DNA of 64,000 bases from a virus. Taxonomy: Duplodnaviria > Caudoviricetes. The notes beneath the pieces are model-generated. The model saw nothing but the letters and a program-made list of their open reading frames with translations, was not told the DNA's origin and searched no databases. Position 1 is the stretch's first letter. Each line of letters starts with the position of its first letter. Positions 8,498 to 17,938 of the stretch are shown here, piece after piece. Made by a program: the position numbers and the translations under genes. The stretch lies in IMG/VR virus record IMGVR_UViG_3300033076_001341, positions 1-64,000 of that record; one strand, given 5' to 3'.

Positions 8498-9742
8498 ATG
8501 CACATAAACATAAAAGTCTATAAAATCATAAAGCGTAAACTCTCTAACGAAGTCAGCGCAAAGATTTTAGGAATTCCCGTTCCCGAGTACCGGAAGAAAA
8601 AACATGAGGTTCTCAAACACATGAAAAAGTTTGAGAAAGCTATCTACTCATTTCTTTCCAGTGACTTTGTAGACACTCCGAAAAATGTCGTTGAGGTTTT
8701 TAATAACCTTGAAGACGGTACATCCAGGATCACTGGCGTTTCTGCAACAGAACCCAGGAGTCCTGAAGAGATCATTGAGCTACTGCAGATCGACACCACG
8801 CGCTGGAAGCTCTCGCAGTACTGGAATAAGGAGAAGAAAGGATACTGGCAGATCAGTGCACTGGTATCGAGGGTTTCTGTCCAGGAGAGTGAAGAAAGTA
8901 ATTTCCTTCAGCTGCTTGCCACACACCGTGTTCCCAAATTCAAACCCACCACCATTCGGTCCTATGTCAATCCTTCCAAAGAGTCTATCTGTGGAGTGAT
9001 GTCGCTGCAGGATTTACACTTTGGTAAACCAGGCAATGATGACATGGAGACGCTGCTGCAAAAATGTGTGCACGATCTGTTGCACAAAGCAACCCTGCAT
9101 TATCATCTCAAGGAGCTTATCTTTGTGGTAGGCGGTGATCTGCTCAACATGGATACCTTTCTTGGAACAACCACCAAAGGTACACCGGTTGAAAATGCAG
9201 CTCCCGCACAAGACGTGTATATCGCAGCATTTGATGCCATGCATCGATGCCTGCAGCAAATCAAGCAATACACTTCGTTGGTCAAGGTTCTCTACATCCC
9301 CGGCAACCATGACCGTCTTTCCAGCTTCCACCTGGTGCACGCACTCAGTAAATCCTTTGAGGGCGTAGAAGGGTACGAGTTTGATGCTCGATACGCTGAG
9401 CGCAAAGTGCACATCTACGGTTCCAACATGTTCTGTTTTGAACACGGAGACATTGCAAAGAAAGACACCCCACTAGTGTACGCTACCGAGTTCCCGCTGC
9501 AATGGGGACAGAGCGCTCACCGCACCTTATTTACCGGACACTACCACAAAAAGAAAACAACTGAATACGTTACTGAAAATGAAGAACACGGTTTTTCGAT
9601 TAAGATACTCCCTTCGCTCAGTCAAACCGACTACTGGCATTACCATAATAAGTTTACCGGATGCAAACGCGCCGGTGTTCTCGAATTACATCATGACGCC
9701 GCTGGCAAGATGGCAGAGTTTCAGCACATCATTCGAGATTAG
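8498..9742 (+). CDS. Calcineurin-like metallophosphoesterase
   Basis: All five motifs present in order: DLHFG, GGDLL, GNHD, EHGD, GHYH. Basic, HTH-like N-terminal extension. Confidence 0.85.
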   Translation: MHINIKVYKIIKRKLSNEVSAKILGIPVPEYRKKKHEVLKHMKKFEKAIYSFLSSDFVDTPKNVVEVFNNLEDGTSRITGVSATEPRSPEEIIELLQIDTTRWKLSQYWNKEKKGYWQISALVSRVSVQESEESNFLQLLATHRVPKFKPTTIRSYVNPSKESICGVMSLQDLHFGKPGNDDMETLLQKCVHDLLHKATLHYHLKELIFVVGGDLLNMDTFLGTTTKGTPVENAAPAQDVYIAAFDAMHRCLQQIKQYTSLVKVLYIPGNHDRLSSFHLVHALSKSFEGVEGYEFDARYAERKVHIYGSNMFCFEHGDIAKKDTPLVYATEFPLQWGQSAHRTLFTGHYHKKKTTEYVTENEEHGFSIKILPSLSQTDYWHYHNKFTGCKRAGVLELHHDAAGKMAEFQHIIRD

Positions 9743-9773
9743 TGAATTTTAAACATGATAATGTCCCTTTTTT

Positions 9774-9792
9774 TTCGTAAATTTTTAATGTA
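9774..9792 (+). promoter_or_regulatory. Putative phage late promoter (TAAATT-N6-GTA)
   Basis: TTCGTAAATTTTTAATGTA in an AT-rich intergenic gap. Confidence 0.55.
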
Positions 9793-9800
9793 GGATATTT

Positions 9801-10382
9801 GTGAAAGCCGCAAAAAAACCAGACCTCACAGCTCCTCGATTCCGCCTGGGCGTTTATAACACATTCAATAAAGACTGTTATGAACATATCCGCAAAGATG
9901 TCTCCAGTACGGAGCATCTGAGCGACAAGCAACTCAAGGCATTTCTCTCTGACTGCAATGGTCTGATCTGGGAAAGCGTCATTGAACTGCGTGACGGAGT
10001 CGAACTACCCGAGCAACTCGGCAGTGTCTTTATCGGAACCTGTCAACCCAAGGTGAGGAAAAATGTTGACTACAAAAAGACACTGGACTATTTGCAAGTC
10101 ATTCAGCACCGCAACTGGGAATCCGACCAGTACATCGCGAAGATCTTCTACACCAACTACTCCAGTAAGTACCGGTTCAAGCATCATGAACTCTGGGGAT
10201 TTACACCCATCCGTCAATTCAAGCGGGCAGTTGCAAAAACGTTTCCGGAGAATTGGAAACGCTACATGATGATCGACCACACCCTTAAGATCAGTGCGCT
10301 GTATCGCAAACAGAAAGCACGCAACTACATGATCAAAAAGACCAAGGAAGACCTGCAGACTTACAACGACCTCGAGATTTAA
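9801..10382 (+). CDS. HU/IHF-like DNA-binding protein (crAss gene 53-like)
   Basis: Basic protein with helix-helix then DGVELPEQLGSVFI (HU-type V.L..FG.F) and FTPIRQFKRAV; synteny upstream of tail genes. Confidence 0.6.
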   Translation: MKAAKKPDLTAPRFRLGVYNTFNKDCYEHIRKDVSSTEHLSDKQLKAFLSDCNGLIWESVIELRDGVELPEQLGSVFIGTCQPKVRKNVDYKKTLDYLQVIQHRNWESDQYIAKIFYTNYSSKYRFKHHELWGFTPIRQFKRAVAKTFPENWKRYMMIDHTLKISALYRKQKARNYMIKKTKEDLQTYNDLEI

Positions 10383-10390
10383 TCCCTACC

Positions 10391-11065
10391 ATGAACACCA
10401 TAGGTGAAATAACAAACCGCTTGCGCAACCAGCTTAAGTCGACTTCTCAGGATGCATTCCTGACAGATCGGTTTTTATACGGTATGGCGATGAAGCATGC
10501 AAAGTGGTTATTGCGCCGTGAAGACGGTGGCAATAAGATCCTCCGTTTGCACCACTCTTTCCAGGCACTGGATGTCGTTGACTTAATTGATGTAAGTGCT
10601 GCTGAAGCGCAGTGTCGTTGCATTTCCAGTGATTGTACGTTCAAGCGTACCAAAGAGAAACTTCCCCGCATTATTGAAGGATACTATGGTCCCCTGATTC
10701 GCAGCATTTCTTCGCTGGATAATTCCCAGGAAGTGTTGCTCACTTCTTCCAGGAACTGGGAGCAGATGGCACGCACCAAACTTTTCAAATACAATAAGCA
10801 CAAGTACTGCTGGCACCTGGACGGATACCTGTATCTGCCCAACGTCGAGTGGGATGCGATCCGCATTGAAGCACTCTTCGAAGATGATATCAGCAAGTTT
10901 AATTGTAACGACGAGGATGACTGTCTGTACCGTCAGGATCAGAACATGGTGATTCCCGAATACCTCTTTGCAGAGATCGAGAGCAACGTGCTCAAAGAAC
11001 TGGGTGCTACGCTGTCAATTCCCGGCGATACTCAAGAAGATAAGAAACACATTATCCGTCCCTAA
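10391..11065 (+). CDS. Tail ring protein
   Basis: 224 aa; N-terminal helix, DGYLYLPN...IRIEALFED motif; synteny with the crAss tail module. Confidence 0.6.
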   Translation: MNTIGEITNRLRNQLKSTSQDAFLTDRFLYGMAMKHAKWLLRREDGGNKILRLHHSFQALDVVDLIDVSAAEAQCRCISSDCTFKRTKEKLPRIIEGYYGPLIRSISSLDNSQEVLLTSSRNWEQMARTKLFKYNKHKYCWHLDGYLYLPNVEWDAIRIEALFEDDISKFNCNDEDDCLYRQDQNMVIPEYLFAEIESNVLKELGATLSIPGDTQEDKKHIIRP

Positions 11066-11068
11066 CCC

Positions 11069-12163
11069 ATGAAGACTGAAGTTAAATACAGAACCTTTGA
11101 TGACCTGCTGGACAGCGTACGTCTGGACCTTCGTGTTCAGGATGCTGAAGGCATGATTGAACCGCAAGCTCTCATCAAGGTTGCCCGTAACATCAACTAC
11201 GAATTGGGTCTGCGGGTAAACCCCAACCGGGAGAAACTCCTGGAAGTACACAAGGGTAAAGCAAAACTACCGCTTGATTTTTATGTCCTCAATTTTGGCG
11301 TACTCTGCGAAGGCAAGAAGACCTGGGATACTCCCGGAGCAACCTTTGCTGTGGTGCGTGAAAACCTCCTGAAGTATAAGATCCATGAGCTGGAGCAGAT
11401 GGTGGAACAACACCGCTTGCCGACGTATCTAAAGACAGTGAGTATTGCTGCAGGAACCAACGAGATCCTTCATAACCTGGGCACCATGGACGTCATTGTG
11501 CAATTGCATAAGGACGGTGAACCCAACCTGGCGTTTGAATACACCGCTGTTGATTTGAACCGCGTGCAGATTCATGCCGACGTCGCCATCACCAATGTGC
11601 GCATGGTGATCATCGGTGTAGGTACCGAAGCATATAATGTCGGAGAGACTGCCTGCAATACACATCTGGACTGGACACCGGAAGGTCCCAAGATCACCGA
11701 GCGTAAACTGCACAGTGTCACCACCTACGACCGCCCTGTACGTCTTCAGATTGAAAAGAGCAAGAGTGTACAGCCGGAGTGCATGAACCATGCAGTAGCG
11801 TCTCCCTATAGGGCTGCACTGAAGAACGGATTCCTGGACATGAATATCGATGAGGGTACCGTGTATTTGAACTATCAGTCGCTGATGGAAGACGATGACG
11901 GCAACTTGCTGGTCATGGACCAGGAGCGTGTCAACGAATATTACGAATACGCCTTGAAGCAGCGCATCCTGGAAAACATGATGTATGCTGGTGAAAATAC
12001 CTCTGCTTTACTGCAGCTTACTGAAATGCGTCTTCGTGCTGCCCGCAACAACGCCTTGTCTTATGTAAACACACCAGACTTCGAAGAGATGCGCCACATG
12101 TGGGAACTCAATCGCCGTGCAATGTCGAACAAATACATCGACATGTTTAAGTCCAGAATATGA
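11069..12163 (+). CDS. Tail tubular/ring protein (P22 gp4-like position) with inserted small beta domain
   Basis: GKAKLPLDF, GTVYLNYQSL...DDGNLLV and YYEYALK motifs; immediately upstream of the muzzle gene. Confidence 0.65.
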   Translation: MKTEVKYRTFDDLLDSVRLDLRVQDAEGMIEPQALIKVARNINYELGLRVNPNREKLLEVHKGKAKLPLDFYVLNFGVLCEGKKTWDTPGATFAVVRENLLKYKIHELEQMVEQHRLPTYLKTVSIAAGTNEILHNLGTMDVIVQLHKDGEPNLAFEYTAVDLNRVQIHADVAITNVRMVIIGVGTEAYNVGETACNTHLDWTPEGPKITERKLHSVTTYDRPVRLQIEKSKSVQPECMNHAVASPYRAALKNGFLDMNIDEGTVYLNYQSLMEDDDGNLLVMDQERVNEYYEYALKQRILENMMYAGENTSALLQLTEMRLRAARNNALSYVNTPDFEEMRHMWELNRRAMSNKYIDMFKSRI

Positions 12164-12519
12164 TCCATCAGTATAAGGTCCGAGTAGACGTATACTCCTG
12201 TAATGTGCATGTGGTCGTTACTGACGACATGAATGCCTATATCCGTGAGTTGGAAAAACAGTATGGTACGGTCGAAGGAGTAGATGGCAGCGAAGGGTTC
12301 ATGTACACCCCGGATATGAAAACGTACTACGTGGTCTTTGACGATGTATTTCTCACACACAACACCATTGCGCACGAAGTATTTCACCTGACGTGTTCAA
12401 TCTGCAATGACCGGGACGTGATCGAGGAAGAACCCAAAGCATGGTTAAGTGGTTTTCTAACCGAAAACATTTACAAGTTTATTGACAAGAAGAATTTAGT
12501 TCTAAAGAAAGATGCCTGA
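12160..12519 (+). CDS. Small zincin-like (HExxH) protein
   Basis: TIAHEVFH plus downstream EEEPKAW third-ligand region; ATGA overlap with the upstream gene. Confidence 0.7.
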   Translation: MIHQYKVRVDVYSCNVHVVVTDDMNAYIRELEKQYGTVEGVDGSEGFMYTPDMKTYYVVFDDVFLTHNTIAHEVFHLTCSICNDRDVIEEEPKAWLSGFLTENIYKFIDKKNLVLKKDA

Positions 12520-15500
12520 ACAATCCAACCCTTTAAATTCCGTCAACGCCTTTAACAAGGGTATGATCAAAGACCTCAACGATTCATTCGTAGGGGAAGG
12601 TCTGTGGACGCACGCACGTAACGCGGTGAACAACTCTCACCTGGGTGAGATGGGTGTGCTGGGCAATGAGCAGAGTAACCTCTTTTGTGTGGCAGCTCCC
12701 TATGACATCATCGGTGTGCTGGACATTACTCCGGGAGAATGGTTGATCTTCTCCACCAACGACGTTGACAGTGAGATTGGAATCCTGCAGGAAACCGCGT
12801 GCAAATACACCAAGCTGGCAAACAACCGCTGTCTTGGTTTTAAGAAAAGCAATTTGATTACCGGTGCGGTCAAGTCTAACTACGACTGCACGCATTCTGC
12901 CTACTGGGCAGACGCTCTGAATCCTGACCGGTTCATGAACATAAATCATGTTCCCTATAAGTACACCGTTCAGGAAGATCCTTCCAATCCAGGATGTCAG
13001 ACCAAAGTATATACCGATGAGCTGGATTGCGATAAGCTCCTGCTACATCCCCATCTGAAGACACCGTGTCTGGATCTTCAGAAAGGTAAAGGTGCCGGTC
13101 AGCTCCCTAACGGAACTTACCAGGCAGCTGTTGCTTACTCCGTGAACGGCATACGCGTGACCGATTACTTTACGCCGTCCAATGCGCAAAGCATCTTCAC
13201 GCACGAGAATGTTGCCGGATCGCTTGAGCTGATCATTGATAACCTGGACGATCAGTTCGATGAATACGAACTGGTGATGGTAGGTTTTGTAAACCAGAAC
13301 ACCACTGCCCGTAAGATCGGCAACTACAGCACTTCTCAAAAAGTAGTGATGCTCGATAACTATTCAGCGTCCCTGGAAGTGATTCCTTACCGGTTGATTC
13401 CACTGCTTAACAGCATCTACGAGAAAAGCTCCAAGATGTTTACCCTTAACGGGTATTTGCTGCGCAGCGGGGTAACCACCAAAGCAGACTTTAACTACCA
13501 ACCCCTGGCAAACAAGATCCGCTCCAAGTGGGTCAGCGTGGAATATCCCAGTGATTACTACGTCAAGGGGGGACACCTCACCGGCTACATGCGCGATGAG
13601 CAATATGCGTTCTTCATTCGCTGGGTCTATAAGACCGGGCACAAGAGTGCATCCTATCACATTCCCGGCAGACCACCCATTGACAGCATCGACCGCAAGG
13701 CGGTAAGTTCGACAGACGGAGACGTATTGGACAGTGGTGTTGAAAAACAGGAGTGGCAGGTTCGTAACACCGCTACGGTGACTTCGATTGCTCCCGGCAT
13801 TACGGCTGCAGACAGCGGCTACGTAGTTGCTGAAGGAGACATGGGGTACTGGGAATCTACTGAGCAATATCCTGCGGACAAACCGCAGATCTGGGGAGAT
13901 TTGTGTGGCAAGAAACTCCGTCACCATAAATTCCCTGATACCTTTACCGACGGATCAGATGTTACCAACATCCACTCTCAGGGTGGAGAAAGCATTCGTA
14001 TCCTGGGTGTGCGCTTTGAGAACATTGAGCATCCTCTGGACATCAATGGTAATCCGATCACTGACATCGTGGGGTACGAAATTCTGCGCGGTACCCGCGA
14101 GGGAAACAGAACCATTGTTGGAAAGGGACTGATCAACAACATGCGTGAGTACTCCATTCCTGGAAGAACCACCAAAGGTCTTTACCAAAACTTCCCCTTC
14201 AACGATCTGGGTGCTGACCGCTACCACCGCAGCTTTAGTAATTTTGATGATTTCTACCAGAGCGGTAGAGGAGATGATGATACGTCCAACGACGCTTTGA
14301 CCGGCTATCGCAAGGACATGTTTAGTTTCCACAGTCCTGAAACAAACTTCCGCAATCCATACCTGAGCACCTACGAACTCAAAGTACACAACCTGCAGTA
14401 CGGTACTTCTACCGGTCGCTTCAAGTACGTGTACCAGCATCCGAAGTTCAAGGTCCTCAACGATGGTGCCATGGTGCTTGCAAGCTTTTTGGCGGGACTG
14501 GTGATTGCGAATGCCATCACTTCCCGTACACCGATCACCATAGGCGGTACAACGGATGTTCCGATGACTACACCGCTGACTGCCGGTACCGATTCACTGA
14601 CTGTAGGTACGACTACCAATGCTGCCGGAGTGGCGGCACAGGTAGCTGTTGCCGTCCTGTTTGTAGGTACTGCTTTTGACATGGTCAATGAGAACATTTT
14701 GCAGTCTATCGCGCTGATGTCAAAATACCGCGATTACGCCCTTCAAGTCGATCAGGTGGGGGAATACTCCAACGCAGCAGAGAACGTGGCAGGAAACAAG
14801 CGCAGACGCGTAAAACGGAGCAACTACGTTGATCCTACCCTGATGCAGTTTGGTGGATCATACCGGATCAACAATATGCTGCGCAATCGCTTCGTCGGTG
14901 TAGAGCTGGAAAACGAGTTGAGTGACCCTGCGGTGATTGATGATTCACGCCGCTTGATTACGGACGTGAGTGCCAATGTTGGCGAAGACTTTACTTCTAC
15001 AGTGAGTTCGTACTATGCGTCGCTGAAAGTCGATTATCAAAACCAGTACGGACAGATCGCTAATATCTCGCAGGTACCAATCACATCGTGTGTATATCTG
15101 ACCGAAGCGGTGAAGCGCAAACAATTCAGCACCCCGGTACTCTTCGGTGGCGACATCTACGTAAACCGATATACCGAGAAGAACTCGATGTTCTTCTTCA
15201 ATACAAATGCCTGCGGATTTCCCGACGGAACCATTTTTGATTACCGCACCAGCGTAAACATTCCTTTCCCACGGTACTGGATTGACAGCAACAAGTATGA
15301 AGGATTGCTGGGTGGCAACAATGGTGGACTCATCAACTTCCCCAGTGATCAGCGTTCCCTGAACCGAAAGAACTCCAACGGGTTCCGGTTCAGTGTAAAA
15401 AATGCCTACTTCTATCTGTTCAATTCCGGTGTCAGAGAATTCTTCGTGGAAAGCGAAGTAAACCTTGCGCACCGCGATTGGGGCGAGCGCATGAGTGAGC

Positions 15501-17938
15501 GTCACTACGACCGCTATTCATTCACCTCTACCGATGAGTTGTTCCGATCAGACATCATTGCTACGGGTAACTATTACAAGTACGACTACTCGCTAAGTTT
15601 GAGTAAATCCATCCAGCAATACGGAAGCTGGGGATTTGTGCTGCCTTCTTCCTACGATCCGTTTGTATCGCAGAGCTGTTTTGCCAACCGCGAGAAGCGC
15701 GTGCTGTATTCGTTGCAGTCGCAGATGGAAGGAAAGAAAGACAACTGGAGAGTGTACCTGGCAAACAACTACAAGGACTTTAACAGTCGCGTATCAGCGA
15801 TCAAAGCAATCAATAAGACGGGAGCAATCATCCTTTACGAGGATGCAGAACCTACCCAGTTTGTCGGAGTCGATCAGTTGCAGACCGATGCCGGCACCAA
15901 GATTACCATTGGAGACGGCGGACTCTTTAACCAGGCACTGCAGTCACTGGTAAACGCTGATGACACCATGCAGTACGGATCATGCCTGAGCGGTCGATCT
16001 GCGGTGAACACACCTCATGGATTATTCTACGTCTCTGAGCAAACCGGCAAAATCCTCAATTACAACGGCAACGGACTGGAAGAGATCTCCCGCAACGGGC
16101 TGAACTACTGGTTCCAGAAATACCTGCCCAGTAAGTTACTGGAACGCTATCCCGATTACCGGGGTATTGACAACCCGGTTGCTGGTATCGGTGCACAATC
16201 AGTGTACGATCCGCAGTTTGAGCTGGTGTATTTCTCCCGCGTGGATTATGTACCGCTTAGTACAGAGGTTAAGTACGATCCGGCTTACGGATTCTATAAA
16301 GACTACCTGACAACAGTAAAAGTTCCTGGAGAGACTACCCAAAGCTGTCCTGCAGGATATACGCTCAAGACAACTCCAAGCGGGGTAAAATTCTGCGAGA
16401 AGATTGAAACAATTGGAGCTACGTCGACACCGACTACTTACAACGTACAACCCTACACTGATCCTGCATGGGGTTGGAGAGGTACGGTGATCTACTCACC
16501 AGGATGGAACACCAATGGTACAGGTGCAGGTCATGCTGCCGGTGTTACCGATACAGCCGGCTGGACACAGATTTCCAGTTCCAACCCATTCTGGTTTAAG
16601 AACTACAGCACGACGCCCTCAATCTACAACACCAACCCGGTAAACCGCCTGGCGGTCTGGGATGCTGCAGGTGCAAACACTGTAGGAGAACGAGGATTCA
16701 GTTTCAACATCTGTCTTCAGGAATCCAAGACCTATTATGTGGGTCTTACCGGTGATAACTATTTTACATTGAAGATCAACGGCGTGATCATCCTGCAAGC
16801 TGATCCGGCGGAGATGCGACTGAACCACAGCATTCCCGGCACTGACAAGGTGCAGTTTGAAAAGTTGCACATCTACCCGGTGGAATTAGAAGCAGGTAAC
16901 CACATCGTGGAGCTGATAGGCAACAACGAAGGCGGACCTGGAATGATTGGTGCGGAGATTTATGACAACACTCCTGCCGAACTGGTAGCAGCCAGCAGTT
17001 ATAACGATTTGAACGTGGTGTTCACCACCCGGGAGAAAACAGTCTTTACGGCTAACACGTTTAGCTGTCCGGTGGATTACACCCTTGGTTTGTCTAATGA
17101 CTGCAACACTGCCGTGTGTCAGCGTGTATTAACCGCCCCTGTAGTAGAAGTAACCCTTCCTGATACAGAGAAAGTGGTAAATAAACGCCTGCGCGTGAGT
17201 CTGCAGGACCCTGTGTATTTTACCCGCTGTGCCTGGACTGTGTCTTACGATCCCAAGAGCAAGATGTGGATCAGTTTTCATGACTGGCATCCTGACCTGG
17301 TGATTCAACCGCACGAACATTTCATGACCATCAAAGGTCCTGGTATATACAAGCACAACAAACGCTGGGACAGCTATTGCAATTTCTATGGGGTGGATTA
17401 TCCTTTCGAGATTGAGTTCCCGACATCTACATCAAACACGATTACCACGATTCGTAATGGTGAGTACGTGCTGGAGAATTACATCTTCTCTAATGATGGA
17501 TTTAGTGCGCATGAAGTACTGGATCACAACTTTGACCAGGCTGTCGTTTATAACAACGAACAGATCTCCGGTGCGCTGAATTTAGTACTCAAACCCAAGA
17601 ACGATCCGATGGGTATGCTTACCTATCCGAGAATCAATCCGAATAGCATTGACATTCTCTTTAGCAAGGAAGAGAACAAATACCGCTTCAATCAATTCTG
17701 GGACATCACGCGCGAGCGCGGGGAGTTCACAACCACCAGAACACCAATGTGGCTGGCTGATTGCAACGGGTACGTTCGGAAAATCAACTCAGATTACGTA
17801 AATTATAATAAAGCACCTCTTGAACGTAAGAAGTTCCGTCACTACGCAGATCGATTCCTATTGATCCGAAAAATCAGTGGTAATGTCAAAATGCTCATGA
17901 AGCTGTTTACTACCAAGAAGCTCTATAGTCCCCGATGA
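12512..17938 (+). CDS. Tail stabilisation/muzzle protein (P22 gp10-like), 1808 aa, with PA14-like insertion
   Basis: N-terminal FNKGMIKD...ARNAV...LGNE; YMRDEQYAFFI; C-terminal WTVSYD...WISFHDWHPD; position between tail tube and cargo genes. Confidence 0.8.
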   Translation: MPEQSNPLNSVNAFNKGMIKDLNDSFVGEGLWTHARNAVNNSHLGEMGVLGNEQSNLFCVAAPYDIIGVLDITPGEWLIFSTNDVDSEIGILQETACKYTKLANNRCLGFKKSNLITGAVKSNYDCTHSAYWADALNPDRFMNINHVPYKYTVQEDPSNPGCQTKVYTDELDCDKLLLHPHLKTPCLDLQKGKGAGQLPNGTYQAAVAYSVNGIRVTDYFTPSNAQSIFTHENVAGSLELIIDNLDDQFDEYELVMVGFVNQNTTARKIGNYSTSQKVVMLDNYSASLEVIPYRLIPLLNSIYEKSSKMFTLNGYLLRSGVTTKADFNYQPLANKIRSKWVSVEYPSDYYVKGGHLTGYMRDEQYAFFIRWVYKTGHKSASYHIPGRPPIDSIDRKAVSSTDGDVLDSGVEKQEWQVRNTATVTSIAPGITAADSGYVVAEGDMGYWESTEQYPADKPQIWGDLCGKKLRHHKFPDTFTDGSDVTNIHSQGGESIRILGVRFENIEHPLDINGNPITDIVGYEILRGTREGNRTIVGKGLINNMREYSIPGRTTKGLYQNFPFNDLGADRYHRSFSNFDDFYQSGRGDDDTSNDALTGYRKDMFSFHSPETNFRNPYLSTYELKVHNLQYGTSTGRFKYVYQHPKFKVLNDGAMVLASFLAGLVIANAITSRTPITIGGTTDVPMTTPLTAGTDSLTVGTTTNAAGVAAQVAVAVLFVGTAFDMVNENILQSIALMSKYRDYALQVDQVGEYSNAAENVAGNKRRRVKRSNYVDPTLMQFGGSYRINNMLRNRFVGVELENELSDPAVIDDSRRLITDVSANVGEDFTSTVSSYYASLKVDYQNQYGQIANISQVPITSCVYLTEAVKRKQFSTPVLFGGDIYVNRYTEKNSMFFFNTNACGFPDGTIFDYRTSVNIPFPRYWIDSNKYEGLLGGNNGGLINFPSDQRSLNRKNSNGFRFSVKNAYFYLFNSGVREFFVESEVNLAHRDWGERMSERHYDRYSFTSTDELFRSDIIATGNYYKYDYSLSLSKSIQQYGSWGFVLPSSYDPFVSQSCFANREKRVLYSLQSQMEGKKDNWRVYLANNYKDFNSRVSAIKAINKTGAIILYEDAEPTQFVGVDQLQTDAGTKITIGDGGLFNQALQSLVNADDTMQYGSCLSGRSAVNTPHGLFYVSEQTGKILNYNGNGLEEISRNGLNYWFQKYLPSKLLERYPDYRGIDNPVAGIGAQSVYDPQFELVYFSRVDYVPLSTEVKYDPAYGFYKDYLTTVKVPGETTQSCPAGYTLKTTPSGVKFCEKIETIGATSTPTTYNVQPYTDPAWGWRGTVIYSPGWNTNGTGAGHAAGVTDTAGWTQISSSNPFWFKNYSTTPSIYNTNPVNRLAVWDAAGANTVGERGFSFNICLQESKTYYVGLTGDNYFTLKINGVIILQADPAEMRLNHSIPGTDKVQFEKLHIYPVELEAGNHIVELIGNNEGGPGMIGAEIYDNTPAELVAASSYNDLNVVFTTREKTVFTANTFSCPVDYTLGLSNDCNTAVCQRVLTAPVVEVTLPDTEKVVNKRLRVSLQDPVYFTRCAWTVSYDPKSKMWISFHDWHPDLVIQPHEHFMTIKGPGIYKHNKRWDSYCNFYGVDYPFEIEFPTSTSNTITTIRNGEYVLENYIFSNDGFSAHEVLDHNFDQAVVYNNEQISGALNLVLKPKNDPMGMLTYPRINPNSIDILFSKEENKYRFNQFWDITRERGEFTTTRTPMWLADCNGYVRKINSDYVNYNKAPLERKKFRHYADRFLLIRKISGNVKMLMKLFTTKKLYSPR

